A stretch of DNA of 64,000 nucleotides from Bacteriovoracia bacterium (GTDB lineage Bacteria; Bdellovibrionota; Bacteriovoracia; Bacteriovoracales; Bacteriovoracaceae). Below are positions 34,116-44,364 of the stretch, one piece after another (the first letter of the stretch is position 1; every line of letters begins with the position of its first letter). Location of the stretch: positions 1 to 64,000 of the forward strand of contig JBKHVI010000005.1 of NCBI GenBank assembly GCA_046570105.1. Direction: 5' to 3'. The notes under the pieces are model-generated. The model had not been told where the DNA came from and ran no database searches. It was given only the letters and a program-made list of their open reading frames with translations. The position numbers and the translations under genes were made by a program.

Positions 34116-34138
34116 GTCGCTTACTTTTTAGTGGAAAA

Positions 34139-34366
34139 ATGATGTCTGAAGCGCAAGATACCATCGAAGTCGAGGGGCAGGTTCTCGAATTGCTCCCTAA
34201 CACTAGGTTTAGGGTGAAACTGCCAAATGGACACGTTGTTTTGGCTCACATTAGTGGCAAGATGCGAATGAATTATATCAAGATCCTTCCCGGGGATAAA
34301 GTCGTTGTTGAAATCAGCAAATACGACTTGGACAAGGGACGGATTATTTTTAGAAGCAAAGGTTAA
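34139..34366 (+). CDS. infA: Translation initiation factor IF-1
   Basis: [24 protein letters not shown]. Confidence 0.99.
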   Translation: MMSEAQDTIEVEGQVLELLPNTRFRVKLPNGHVVLAHISGKMRMNYIKILPGDKVVVEISKYDLDKGRIIFRSKG

Positions 34367-34369
34367 TTT

Positions 34370-34486
34370 ATGAAAGTTAGATCATCAGTAAAACCAATTT
34401 GTAAGGACTGCAAAGTAGTTAAGCGCAAAGGAACTTTGCGCGTAATTTGCAAAGGCAATCCTAAACACAAGCAACGTCAAGGTTAG
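34370..34486 (+). CDS. rpmJ: 50S ribosomal protein L36 (Zn-ribbon type; not in the ORF track)
   Basis: Translated by hand: [38 protein letters not shown]. Confidence 0.98.
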   Translation: MKVRSSVKPICKDCKVVKRKGTLRVICKGNPKHKQRQG

Positions 34487-34497
34487 GAGACGAGAAC

Positions 34498-34878
34498 ATG
34501 GCACGTATTTTAGGCGTTGACCTTCCCCGTAATAAAGCGATGAAAATCGCGATCCGCGCTCTTTATGGCGTAGGTCCAAAAATCGGCGCAGAAGTGTTGG
34601 CGAAGGTCGGCATCGACCCAGAAAAAAGCTCTAATGATATCACAGAAGAAGAAACACAACAGATTCGTGCTGCTCTAGAAGGGCACTCGGTTGAAGGTGA
34701 TCTTCGTCGTGAAGTTGGCTTGAACATTAAGCGCTTAAAAGACCTCGGTTGCTACCGTGGTATCCGTCACCGCAAAGGCTTGCCTGTTCGCGGTCAGCGT
34801 ACCCACACAAACGCACGTACTCGTAAGGGACCTGCAGTGGCAATCGCTGGTAAGAAATCAATTAAGGCTATGAAGTAA
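34498..34878 (+). CDS. rpsM: 30S ribosomal protein S13
   Basis: [17 protein letters not shown]. Confidence 0.99.
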   Translation: MARILGVDLPRNKAMKIAIRALYGVGPKIGAEVLAKVGIDPEKSSNDITEEETQQIRAALEGHSVEGDLRREVGLNIKRLKDLGCYRGIRHRKGLPVRGQRTHTNARTRKGPAVAIAGKKSIKAMK

Positions 34879-34890
34879 TAAGGCGGATAT

Positions 34891-35316
34891 ATGAGCGAAA
34901 CTAACTCACAAAAAAATGACAACAACACCAAGAAGCCAGCTGCTGGTGGTAAGAAGAAAGCACGCAAAAACATCTCTCACGGTGTTTGTCACGTTTATGC
35001 TTCTTTCAACAACACAATCGTAACCATCAGCGATGCTGAAGGTAACGCTGTTTCTTGGGCATCTGCTGGTCACCAAGGTTTCCGTGGTTCTAAGAAATCA
35101 ACTCCGTTTGCTGCTCAGATCGCTTCAGGTGAAGCGGCTAAGAAAGCTATGGAGCACGGTTTGAACTCTGTAGACGTGAAAGTGAAAGGTCCGGGCGCTG
35201 GCCGCGAGAACGCAATTCGCGCTCTTATGGCAGCTGGCTTGCGCATCACTTCGGTCGCAGACAAGTCTCCAATGCCTCATAATGGTTGCCGCGCACCTAA
35301 GCGTCGCCGCGTATAA
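34891..35316 (+). CDS. rpsK: 30S ribosomal protein S11
   Basis: [23 protein letters not shown]. Confidence 0.99.
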   Translation: MSETNSQKNDNNTKKPAAGGKKKARKNISHGVCHVYASFNNTIVTISDAEGNAVSWASAGHQGFRGSKKSTPFAAQIASGEAAKKAMEHGLNSVDVKVKGPGAGRENAIRALMAAGLRITSVADKSPMPHNGCRAPKRRRV

Positions 35317-35353
35317 TTCTAACGCGTAAAACATTTCTGTAAGGAGTCCGCTG

Positions 35354-36370
35354 ATGAGTAATTTTATGAGCAAAAACTGGACTGGCATGATTCGTCCAGG
35401 CGCACTTGAAGTTGATACTGATACTCTCAAGTCAAACTACGGTAAGTTCACTGCTAAGCCACTCGAGCGCGGCTACGGTCTTACTCTTGGTAACTCTCTT
35501 CGCCGTGTACTTCTCTCTTCACTTCAGGGAGCAGGTATCGTTGCAGTGAAAATTGATGGTGTAGACCATGAGTTCGGCACAATCAACAACATCAAAGAAG
35601 AAGTTTCAGAAATCATTTTGAACCTTAAAGAAATCCGTTTCAAAATCACTGACAAGGAAGAGATGACTCTTGTCCTTGAGAAGAATTCAGAAGGCGCTGT
35701 TAAGGCCGCTGATATCTCTGAAAACGCTAACGTAAAAGTTCTCAATCCTGAGCACGTTATCTGTAACATTTCTTCAGGCGGCTCAATCCGCATGGAGCTT
35801 AAAGTTGCTCGCGGCAAAGGCTATGTAACTGCACTTGATAACAAAGACTCGTTCGATCTTCCAGTTGGCTGGATCTACCTTGATACTTTGTTCTCACCTG
35901 TTACACGCGTAAATTACACTGTAACAAACGCACGTGTTGGTAAGCGTACTGACTACGATCGTTTGACTCTTGAAGTTTGGACAACATCTGGAATTGATCC
36001 TTTGGATGCGATCGCAATTTCTGCGAAGATCCTTCGCGATCAATTGACTGTGTTCTTGAACTTTGAAGACAAGGACACTCCAACTGAAGTGAAGCCTGCT
36101 ACTCAAGCTAGCGGTTCGGTAACGAACGACGCTCTCTTGAAGCCAGTTTCTGAGCTTGAATTGTCAGTTCGCTCAGCTAACTGCTTGCAGAACGCTAATA
36201 TCAAGTATATTTACGAGCTCGTTTCTAAGACTGAAGGCGAAATGCTTCGTACTAAGAACTTTGGCCGTAAGTCACTTAACGAAATTAAAGAAATCCTTGC
36301 TTCAATGGGACTTGGCCTCGGCATGAAAGTCGACAACATCATGAAGCAAGTGGGCTCTCAAGCTGAGTAA
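35354..36370 (+). CDS. rpoA: RNA polymerase alpha subunit
   Basis: [43 protein letters not shown]. Confidence 0.99.
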   Translation: MSNFMSKNWTGMIRPGALEVDTDTLKSNYGKFTAKPLERGYGLTLGNSLRRVLLSSLQGAGIVAVKIDGVDHEFGTINNIKEEVSEIILNLKEIRFKITDKEEMTLVLEKNSEGAVKAADISENANVKVLNPEHVICNISSGGSIRMELKVARGKGYVTALDNKDSFDLPVGWIYLDTLFSPVTRVNYTVTNARVGKRTDYDRLTLEVWTTSGIDPLDAIAISAKILRDQLTVFLNFEDKDTPTEVKPATQASGSVTNDALLKPVSELELSVRSANCLQNANIKYIYELVSKTEGEMLRTKNFGRKSLNEIKEILASMGLGLGMKVDNIMKQVGSQAE

Positions 36371-36401
36371 GCTTGGGATATAGACGAGAAAAGGGAAAGT
36401 T

Positions 36402-36758
36402 ATGAGACACGGTAATCACAAATATCAGTTAGGTCTTGAGCGCTCACACCGCGTAGCCTTGATGAAGAACCTCGCTATCGAGATGATTGATCATGGTAAA
36501 ATCCATACAACTGAAACAAAAGCAAAAGCTCTTAAGCCATTCATCGAGAAATTGGTGACTTTAGGCAAGAGCGATACTTTGGCAAATCGTCGTTTGGCTT
36601 ATTCAAAGCTAAACAACAAAGGTGCTGTTAAGGCCCTTTTTGAGACAGTTGCTCCAAAGTTCAAGCAGCGCCCGGGTGGATACACTCGCGTGTTGAAAGT
36701 CGCTGACTCTCGCCTCGGCGATGGTGCTAAGACTGCTTACTTGGCTTTCGTAGAATAG
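36402..36758 (+). CDS. rplQ: 50S ribosomal protein L17
   Basis: MRH, TTETKAK, RPGGYTRV. Confidence 0.98.
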   Translation: MRHGNHKYQLGLERSHRVALMKNLAIEMIDHGKIHTTETKAKALKPFIEKLVTLGKSDTLANRRLAYSKLNNKGAVKALFETVAPKFKQRPGGYTRVLKVADSRLGDGAKTAYLAFVE

Positions 36759-36784
36759 TTTAAGTTAAAATTCTGATCGATTTT

Positions 36785-36820
36785 AAAACCTTCCCGTGGA
36801 CACACCCGGGAAGGTTTTTT
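36785..36820 (+). terminator. Rho-independent terminator of the alpha operon
   Basis: AAAACCTTCCCG...CGGGAAGGTTTTTT. Confidence 0.85.
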
Positions 36821-36831
36821 ATTTTGGGGCC

Positions 36832-37374
36832 ATGATAAATCGAATTCTTATTGTTGTTGTTTTGATTGGTGGGGCCTTGGCCTTCACTTGGTACTCACGT
36901 TACAGCCTTCAACAACAACTCGTCGTTGAAGTGAAAGAGACGCTTCTCGAGCGCCTTCCTCCAGCGACTTTTACCACTTTAGAAGGCTCCGCTTACGATC
37001 TGATTGCGGAGCAGGGCTTTGAAGGCAAAACACTTCTGGTGCATTTCTGGGCCACGTGGTGCGGACCCTGTGAAGCAGAGTTGCCTGAACTTTTAGCACT
37101 CACTGACAAACTTCCAGCGAATGTGCGGGTACTGATTGTAGCAATTAATGATGAAGTCCCGAAAATTCGCAAATTCTTGGCGAGCCTCAAGCTTCCACTG
37201 AATAAGGAAGTGCTGTGGTTGATGGATAATCGCAACGTTCATCGCGATCAGTTTGGTACCACTAAGCTGCCCGAGTCCTACGTTTTTAAGGCCGATGGAA
37301 GTATCTTGAGAAAATTAGTCGGCCCGCAAGAATGGGGAAATCCTCATTTTATCGACATATTTAAAGGGCTTTAG
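36832..37374 (+). CDS. TlpA/ResA-family thiol:disulfide oxidoreductase, membrane-anchored
   Basis: N-terminal TM; HFWATWCGPC; LPESY cis-Pro loop. Confidence 0.9.
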   Translation: MINRILIVVVLIGGALAFTWYSRYSLQQQLVVEVKETLLERLPPATFTTLEGSAYDLIAEQGFEGKTLLVHFWATWCGPCEAELPELLALTDKLPANVRVLIVAINDEVPKIRKFLASLKLPLNKEVLWLMDNRNVHRDQFGTTKLPESYVFKADGSILRKLVGPQEWGNPHFIDIFKGL

Positions 37375-37491
37375 CCCCCTGATCGTCAAAAAAATACGCA
37401 AATCGACATAGCTCACTGTCAAGTTCGTCTACGAAGTGACGATAAGTTTGACGAGTACGACCCAAGGCCTGGATGGCCCAAAGGAGCAGCT

Positions 37492-39087
37492 ATGATTATC
37501 GATTGGAAGAGCATTAAAGAACTTCATGTTAATAAGAAGATGGAAGAGATTGTAGGCTCGTGGTTCGACCTCGACTTCTTCTATGTCGATGAGCAAGGCC
37601 GCATTCAAAACGAATTCAAGCACAAAGACTATAAGTACTTCTCACACTTTTTTAAAGTGCAGATGGCACATAGTTATGGCCAAGAATGGCTCGAGCAAGA
37701 TGTAGAAAAGATCTTTGAAGGCATCAAGGGTGAAGCTGAGATGATCTATGAATATAAGACATTCTTTCCTCATGTTTATGGCTTTGTCGCTAAAGTGATG
37801 GTGGACGGAGAGTTCTTGGGTGCAGTCTGTTCATATCCATTTATGAAAGACGATGCCACGGCAAAAGACGTCGAAGAACTCACAAAGCATATGTTGGAGT
37901 GCGGAATTTCGGAGGCAGATGCGAAGGCGTCGGTCGCTAAAATGCGCAAACTCTTCCCACGTGAACGCGGTTATCTTAAAGAGATGCTCGATATCGTTTC
38001 AGACGAAGTCGGCACATTCCATGAAGAAATTTCTAAACGTGAAGCACGTATTCATGACCTTACAAGCGAAGTGGGGAACAAATACCGCTATCATAATTTG
38101 ATTGGTAAATCGAAGCGCATGCAACAGATCTATCATCTTTTGCAAAAGATTAATTCTTCAGAGGCCACTATCCTCATTCAAGGTGAGAACGGTACTGGTA
38201 AAGAACTGGTAGCGAAAGCCATTCACTACAATTCTCCTCGTAAAGACGCGGTTTTTATGGCGGTGAACTGTTCAGCGTTTAACGACAATCTACTTGATTC
38301 AGAACTCTTTGGTCACGTGAAGGGATCCTTCACTGGTGCGATCAAAGATAAAAAAGGCTTCTTTGAAGTCGCCAACGGCGGAACACTGTTCCTCGATGAA
38401 ATTGGTGATACATCTCTCACCATGCAAGTGAAACTTTTGCGTGTCTTGCAAGAAGGAACCTTCCTTCCTGTTGGTGCCACCACTCCTAAAAAAGTGAATG
38501 TGCGTGTCGTGGCAGCTACCAACAAAAATCTTAAAGAGATGATCGCTAAAGGTGAGTTCCGCGAAGACTTGTACTACCGAATTAACGTCATCAACGTTCA
38601 ATTGCCGGCCCTTCGTGAACGCGTAGAAGATATTCCAATATTGATGGATTTCTTCCTCGAGAAACGTTGTGCGGAGTCAGGTGTTCCATTGAAGCAGTTT
38701 GCGAAAAAGACAATGGAGAAGATGCTGGATTATCCATGGCCTGGTAACGTCCGTGAGCTTGAAAACGAAATTGAGCGCTTAGTGGTGCTTTCGGGTGAAG
38801 ATAAGATGATCACTCCTGATATCTTGAATCAGCGTATGCTCGATCACGGCGAAAGCGCACAAACGCGTGAGCACGGCCATGGTCTCAAAGGTGTAAATAC
38901 CAATGGCAGTCTGAAAGATGCCCTGGAAGAACTCGAGATTCATATGATCCGCGAAGGTTTGAAGCGCTGTGGCTTTAATAAGTCACGTCTGGCAAAAGAA
39001 TTAGGCATCAGCCGCGCAGGTTTGATCATGAAAGTCGAGAAATACGGGCTTGATAAGCGTCTCCTCAAGAGAGCTGTTGGCGAGTAG
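37492..39087 (+). CDS. Sigma-54-dependent transcriptional activator with N-terminal PocR-like sensor domain and Fis-type HTH
   Basis: GENGTGKE, ELFGHVKGSFTGA, TLFLDEIG, FREDLYYR, WPGNVREL, C-terminal HTH; no REC domain. Confidence 0.9.
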   Translation: MIIDWKSIKELHVNKKMEEIVGSWFDLDFFYVDEQGRIQNEFKHKDYKYFSHFFKVQMAHSYGQEWLEQDVEKIFEGIKGEAEMIYEYKTFFPHVYGFVAKVMVDGEFLGAVCSYPFMKDDATAKDVEELTKHMLECGISEADAKASVAKMRKLFPRERGYLKEMLDIVSDEVGTFHEEISKREARIHDLTSEVGNKYRYHNLIGKSKRMQQIYHLLQKINSSEATILIQGENGTGKELVAKAIHYNSPRKDAVFMAVNCSAFNDNLLDSELFGHVKGSFTGAIKDKKGFFEVANGGTLFLDEIGDTSLTMQVKLLRVLQEGTFLPVGATTPKKVNVRVVAATNKNLKEMIAKGEFREDLYYRINVINVQLPALRERVEDIPILMDFFLEKRCAESGVPLKQFAKKTMEKMLDYPWPGNVRELENEIERLVVLSGEDKMITPDILNQRMLDHGESAQTREHGHGLKGVNTNGSLKDALEELEIHMIREGLKRCGFNKSRLAKELGISRAGLIMKVEKYGLDKRLLKRAVGE

Positions 39088-39111
39088 AGTCAAAAAACAA
39101 TTTTAAGACAC

Positions 39112-39142
39112 AAAGGAGTCGTGAAAACGGCTCCTTTTTTTT
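39112..39142 (+). terminator. Rho-independent terminator
   Basis: AAAGGAGTCGT-GAAA-ACGGCTCCTTT followed by T-run. Confidence 0.85.
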
Positions 39143-39184
39143 GTCATGTGGGGTATAACTTTTGGACATTTCCAGGAGGACTCC

Positions 39185-40744
39185 ATGCTGACTAATTCTG
39201 AGCGTCGCGAACAGCTCGCCCAACTCAATGCCCAAGCTGAATTGGGTGGCGGTGTTGAACGTATTAACAAGCAGCACGAGCAAGGTAAGTATTCTGCACG
39301 TGAACGCTTGGAGAAATTGCTCGATCCGGGCAGCTTTATGGAGTTCGATAAATTTGTCGTTCATAAAAGCCGAGCTTTTGGCATCGAGAAAACACAATAC
39401 CTAGGCGATGGTGTCATCACAGGAATTGGAACGATTAACGGACAGCAAGTAGCTTTGTTCAGCCAAGACTTCACATGCTGGGGCGGAGCACTTGGAGCCG
39501 CTTACGCAAAAAAAATCTGCAAGGTCATGGACTTCGCCCTTGAGCACCGAATTCCTATCATCGGCTTGAATGATTCGGGTGGTGCACGTATTCAAGAAGG
39601 CGTCGAATCACTGGCCGGTTATGCAGAAATTTTCTGGCGTAACGTCCAGGCATCAGGAGTGATTCCTCAAATTTCTCTTGTCTTGGGTCCTTGTGCAGGT
39701 GGCGCTGTTTATTCACCGGCCATGACTGATTTCATTTTCATGGTTGAGAAAACCTCTTACATGTTTGTCACTGGTCCTGATGTTATTAAGACCGTCACTC
39801 ACGAAGAAGTGACGAAGGAAGCTTTGGGCGGGGCCAGTACGCACAATGAAAAATCAGGTGTCGCTCACTTTAAATGCACTGATGAAGACGATTGTTTTGA
39901 GCGCGTTCGCGAGCTCTTGAGTTATCTTCCATCTTCGAGCTCAGTGAAGCCAACAGCGGTTCTCACTGCCGATGCGGCCAATCGAACCAATGCAAAGCTG
40001 AAAGATTTTGTACCAGACAATTCACGCAAGCCTTATGACATGAAAGAGTTAGTGGTTGAAGTGGTTGATGATGGTCACTTCTTAGAAGTTCATCGCGATT
40101 TTGCTAAAAATATTTTGTGTGGTTTTGCATCAGTAGGTGGAGTGAAGATCGGCATTATCGCTAACCAGCCGGCCGTGCTTGCTGGCGTTCTCGATATCGA
40201 CAGCTCAACAAAAGCGGCACGCTTCGTGCGCTTCTGTGATGCTTTCAATATTCCGGTAGTAACTTTTGTTGATGTGCCAGGATTCTTGCCAGGTACAGTG
40301 CAAGAGTACGGCGGTATTATCCGTCATGGCGCTAAACTTCTCTATGCCTACTGTGAAGCAACGGTTCCATTGATTACGGTCATTACTCGCAAAGCGTACG
40401 GTGGTGCCTATGATGTGATGGCTTCCAAGCACATTCGTTCGGACATTAACCTCGCTTACCCGACGGCCGAGATTGCTGTGATGGGTGCTGAAGGTGCGGT
40501 AAATATTATTTTCCGTAACGAGCTCGCAGGTTTAAAGGGCGAGGCTTTTGATAAGAAGAAAAAAGAGTTGGTTGAGAATTATGAAAATGAATTCGCCAAT
40601 CCTTATCGTGCAGCGGAGTTAGGTTATTTGGATGAAATTATTTTCCCAGAGCAAACTCGTGCGCGCATCTATCAGTGTCTGAAAGCTCTGGAGCACAAGA
40701 AAGTTCGTGCACCAGAACGCAAACACGGCAACATTCCACTCTAG
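39185..40744 (+). CDS. pccB: Acyl-CoA (propionyl-CoA-type) carboxylase carboxyltransferase beta subunit
   Basis: [38 protein letters not shown] end; GGAGG RBS. Confidence 0.9.
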   Translation: MLTNSERREQLAQLNAQAELGGGVERINKQHEQGKYSARERLEKLLDPGSFMEFDKFVVHKSRAFGIEKTQYLGDGVITGIGTINGQQVALFSQDFTCWGGALGAAYAKKICKVMDFALEHRIPIIGLNDSGGARIQEGVESLAGYAEIFWRNVQASGVIPQISLVLGPCAGGAVYSPAMTDFIFMVEKTSYMFVTGPDVIKTVTHEEVTKEALGGASTHNEKSGVAHFKCTDEDDCFERVRELLSYLPSSSSVKPTAVLTADAANRTNAKLKDFVPDNSRKPYDMKELVVEVVDDGHFLEVHRDFAKNILCGFASVGGVKIGIIANQPAVLAGVLDIDSSTKAARFVRFCDAFNIPVVTFVDVPGFLPGTVQEYGGIIRHGAKLLYAYCEATVPLITVITRKAYGGAYDVMASKHIRSDINLAYPTAEIAVMGAEGAVNIIFRNELAGLKGEAFDKKKKELVENYENEFANPYRAAELGYLDEIIFPEQTRARIYQCLKALEHKKVRAPERKHGNIPL

Positions 40745-40752
40745 AGGTCATC

Positions 40753-42177
40753 ATGTTAGGAAAACGTGTACTAATTGCAAATCGTGGTGAAATTGCCATT
40801 CGTATTGCCAAAGCACTTAATGAGCTAGGGCTTGTGAGTGTCGGTGTATGGACTGATAACGAACCCGAGGCTGCTCACCTTGAATATTGCCAAGAGTGGG
40901 TTCATCTTGAGGGCAATTCAAATCGTGATACGTATCTTAATGTTCCAAAAATTTTGGAACTGATTAAAAAGTATAAAATCGATGCGGTTCATCCGGGGTA
41001 TGGTTTTCTTTCTGAGAACGGAGAGTTTGCCAAAACACTCAAGGCCCAAGGTGTGATCTTCATCGGGCCTAATCCCGAAGCGATTGCCGCCATGGGGGAT
41101 AAAGCGATTTCCAAACAATGGGCGCAGAAGGCGGGAGTTCCCGTGGTGCCTGGTTCAACAGGTGAAGTGCCGACTGTCGAAGAAGCGATTAAGCTTTGTC
41201 AGACCATTGGATACCCCGTGCTTTTAAAAGCTGTTGCCGGTGGCGGTGGGAAGGGTATGCGTCCTTGTTATTCAGACGCCGATGTTAAAACCAATTTTGA
41301 AGCTGTTCAGCGTGAAGCTCTTTCGAGTTTTGGGAATGCTGGGCTTCTCGTTGAGAAATACGTACAGAATCCGCACCACATTGAAGTGCAAATCTTGGCC
41401 GATAAAAAAGGCAATGTTTATCACCTCTTTGAGCGTGAATGTTCAATTCAACGTCGTCATCAGAAAATTATTGAAGAAGCCCCATCACCTTTTATTGGCG
41501 AAGATACAAAATTGCGCAAAGAAATTTGTGAAACGGCAGTCAAACTCGCGAAAGCTGTTGGCTACGATTCGGCCGGTACTGTTGAATTCATTATGGGCGA
41601 TGACCGCAAATTCTATTTCTTAGAAATGAATACGCGTATCCAGGTAGAGCATCCGATCACTGAAGAGATCACAGGGATTGATCTACTCGCCAATATGGTG
41701 AAGTCGGCTTTCGGTCAGCCACTCGACTTTAAAACTCAGGACGATATTAAGCTGCATGGCCACGCCATTGAATGTCGAATTTGTGCGGAAGATCCCGTAA
41801 CCATGCTGCCAGCTCCTGGAAAGATAGCTGGCTTTGAAACGACTTTTCCGCAAGGGATTCGTTTTGATCATTGCCTCTATCCTAAATTTACCATTACTCC
41901 CGACTTCGATCCGATGGTCGGGAAATTGATTGCTCGCGGTTATGATCGTGCGGTGGCGATTCGTAAGGTGCGCGCTGCTCTTGATGGTCTTTTGCTTGAT
42001 GGTCTTAAAACGAATATTCCTCTCTTGAAAGTTATTCTTGATGAAGAGAGCTTTAAGAAAGGTGAATACACCACTCATTACATTGCAGGTGTTAAACCGC
42101 AAGAGCGAGTGGCGGTAACAGAAAAAGCGGAGAGTCTCTTAATGAGAGTGGCTTCGGTAGAAATGGGGCAGGTATAA
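40753..42177 (+). CDS. Biotin carboxylase subunit
   Basis: LIANRGEIA, HPGYGFLSEN, RECSIQRRHQK, EMNTRIQVEH. Confidence 0.95.
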   Translation: MLGKRVLIANRGEIAIRIAKALNELGLVSVGVWTDNEPEAAHLEYCQEWVHLEGNSNRDTYLNVPKILELIKKYKIDAVHPGYGFLSENGEFAKTLKAQGVIFIGPNPEAIAAMGDKAISKQWAQKAGVPVVPGSTGEVPTVEEAIKLCQTIGYPVLLKAVAGGGGKGMRPCYSDADVKTNFEAVQREALSSFGNAGLLVEKYVQNPHHIEVQILADKKGNVYHLFERECSIQRRHQKIIEEAPSPFIGEDTKLRKEICETAVKLAKAVGYDSAGTVEFIMGDDRKFYFLEMNTRIQVEHPITEEITGIDLLANMVKSAFGQPLDFKTQDDIKLHGHAIECRICAEDPVTMLPAPGKIAGFETTFPQGIRFDHCLYPKFTITPDFDPMVGKLIARGYDRAVAIRKVRAALDGLLLDGLKTNIPLLKVILDEESFKKGEYTTHYIAGVKPQERVAVTEKAESLLMRVASVEMGQV

Positions 42178-42178
42178 G

Positions 42179-42658
42179 ATGCGCTATTATTTTGTGGATC
42201 AAGACCGTAATGACACAGTGGTAGACCTCAACAAGGTTGAAACGAACGGTTCCATATCAAAATTCATTTTTAGTGATAAAGCTTTGTATGCTCGTCGTTT
42301 GGCAGGAAAACTTTTTGGCTCTTGGGATCAGCAAAAATGGTTCAAGCTCACGCAATTATCCGCAGGTGAAACAGTGGTCTCAAATACTGTGACCTACAAG
42401 ATGTATCGCGGCTTCAAGCCTTCAGGATTGTTTAGCGGCGGAGCTGGTGCACTTGTTACCCAAATGCCCGGTAAAGTCGTGAAGCTATTTGTGAAGACAG
42501 GAGACACAGTCGAAAAAGGACAAACCATCCTCATCTTAGAGGCCATGAAAATGGAAAATGAGATTAAGGCAGGTGTTTCAGGGGTAGTAAAAAGCCTCCT
42601 GGTTCAACCCGGACAGGCACTAGAATCAGGCGTTTTGATGGCCGAAATCGAGGAATAA
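42179..42658 (+). CDS. Biotin carboxyl carrier protein with N-terminal beta domain
   Basis: EAMKM biotinylation motif. Confidence 0.93.
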   Translation: MRYYFVDQDRNDTVVDLNKVETNGSISKFIFSDKALYARRLAGKLFGSWDQQKWFKLTQLSAGETVVSNTVTYKMYRGFKPSGLFSGGAGALVTQMPGKVVKLFVKTGDTVEKGQTILILEAMKMENEIKAGVSGVVKSLLVQPGQALESGVLMAEIEE

Positions 42659-42742
42659 CCCCTTGATTTAGGCAAGATTTGCCGCTTCTGGCCCTCTTTA
42701 TGCGGCGGCGTGGTAAAATAGTAGTCAGGGGGCCCTGCTGCT

Positions 42743-43336
42743 ATGACCGAAACCATTCGCAAAATTGTCACCGCCACTGATCTCAAATCCTACTTTTTTC
42801 AAGGTCTCAACGAACTGAATAATAAATCGCTCTGTCCTGTTCCACAGGAGACGATTTTTTATTCGAGTGTGGTGCTAGATCGCTTTGCTTTGAGTGCCAC
42901 TTATTTTGAATTTAATGAAGGCCGCGTTCGCGAAAAGATTCTCGGCATGAAGTTACTCGAAGCCGGCACTCTTCCACTTGAATCACAAAAACGTACTTAC
43001 CAAGAAGTAGGCGATACAGCGCTCATGCTCTGTGGTTATTTCTCTGAATCGCTCAATAAGAAAATCGTTGATCTCACTTACTACGCCCAATTAGGAAAGA
43101 CGGCCTATGGCCGCTTAAACAATCATCTTCCTCGTCATCTTGATGTGCCGGATTTCTATCATGTGCTGGCCTCAAGCTTTGAAAATGTAACGACTTTGAT
43201 TAATCTTCTAGCTGCGAGTAATAAATTTGAAGACCCACGCCAGATCATCTTCAATAAGGCGATGAGTGATGAGGCTTCAGAGAATGAACTCTTGAGCGTA
43301 GGGATTCTAAAACCTCATCAAAACAAAGCTTCTTAG
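42743..43336 (+). CDS. Hypothetical alpha-helical cytoplasmic protein
   Basis: 197-aa ORF with genome-typical codons; 'EVGDTAL..GYF...YY..LG..AY' pattern. Confidence 0.75.
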   Translation: MTETIRKIVTATDLKSYFFQGLNELNNKSLCPVPQETIFYSSVVLDRFALSATYFEFNEGRVREKILGMKLLEAGTLPLESQKRTYQEVGDTALMLCGYFSESLNKKIVDLTYYAQLGKTAYGRLNNHLPRHLDVPDFYHVLASSFENVTTLINLLAASNKFEDPRQIIFNKAMSDEASENELLSVGILKPHQNKAS

Positions 43337-44046
43337 CCATTCGTCGTTGCGAGCTCGATGAGCTTTTTTTCAATCTCCTGACATTGCGTATCGTCTAGTA
43401 TTCTGTCGTTCGGGACAGAGAGTTCGCGTGTGAGATCGTCCACGAGTGCTTTTGATATCGCGTGGATTTCTGACAAATTTTTAAGAGAAGACATCAAAGC
43501 TAATTCAAGTTTGTTCAGCTCTTGCAAATTATTCTCGTATGGGGCCCATTTACCAAAAGAGCGATAATAGGGCCGACGAATATTTAACCAATGTTGGTGC
43601 AGATTGTTATGCTGGATATTTAAACGAGTTATTTCTTTTTCTCTTTCTTGATTGAGATCGATATAGATTCGTTTAGCTAAATTCTCTTCGGTCGCCGAGA
43701 GTTGTAAAATCATGGCATCTGAATCCGCAATTTTCTTATCTTTTATCTTTTGAACATTCTCTTTCTGTATTTCAATATCTTCCTTCATTTGCTTAAGGCG
43801 ACTATATTCTCCATAAAGAGCCCGATTATTTCTGAAAAAATCGTGTGACTCAAATTTAAGATCAAGGATTCTTCGAGTAAGAGATACAATTTTGTGGATA
43901 AAAGTCTCGACCTCTCCCTCAATACTGCCCACATCGACTGTCATAACTCTTTCGCAGGCAGGAGGGAGTGACCCTTCAAACTTTTTTTTGAATGTTTCAG
44001 CTTGAGCGAATGGAATTAAAAAACAAAAAACTATAATAAATTTCAT
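43333..44046 (-). CDS. Secreted coiled-coil protein (237 aa), paralogue of the stalk of the 639-aa protein
   Basis: Signal peptide MKFIIVFCFLIPFAQA; AGGA RBS; heptad-rich; NRALYGEY and WAPY motifs. Confidence 0.8.
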   Translation of the reverse strand: MKFIIVFCFLIPFAQAETFKKKFEGSLPPACERVMTVDVGSIEGEVETFIHKIVSLTRRILDLKFESHDFFRNNRALYGEYSRLKQMKEDIEIQKENVQKIKDKKIADSDAMILQLSATEENLAKRIYIDLNQEREKEITRLNIQHNNLHQHWLNIRRPYYRSFGKWAPYENNLQELNKLELALMSSLKNLSEIHAISKALVDDLTRELSVPNDRILDDTQCQEIEKKLIELATTNG

Positions 44047-44053
44047 AAAAATC

Positions 44054-44362
44054 CTATTGGTTGAGATCAGGGTTTTTGTCCACAACTTGCTGTGTGTATG
44101 CCGCAATATCGTAATGTCCTGCTTTGCATTCAGCGAAGTTCAAATTTTCAAGTCGCTTGAAGGCATCAGAAGTGTTTGCGGGAGGATCTTTCAGCCAGCC
44201 GAGATGGCGCTCAAGACAGGCCAGCTTCTGGGGTCTGTCAGCATTCACAACCTGCCCGTCAGTATTTTCTTCTACGGAGCTTGAATTTGAGCCGCCTGAT
44301 GATGAAGTACTTTTTCCGCAAGAAGTGCTTAGAATCAAAATTATTAAAATAAGCAGCTTCAT
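44054..44362 (-). CDS. Small lipoprotein (102 aa)
   Basis: MKLLILIILILSTS-C lipobox-like, Ser/Gly linker, two further Cys. Confidence 0.8.
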   Translation of the reverse strand: MKLLILIILILSTSCGKSTSSSGGSNSSSVEENTDGQVVNADRPQKLACLERHLGWLKDPPANTSDAFKRLENLNFAECKAGHYDIAAYTQQVVDKNPDLNQ

Positions 44363-44364
44363 AG

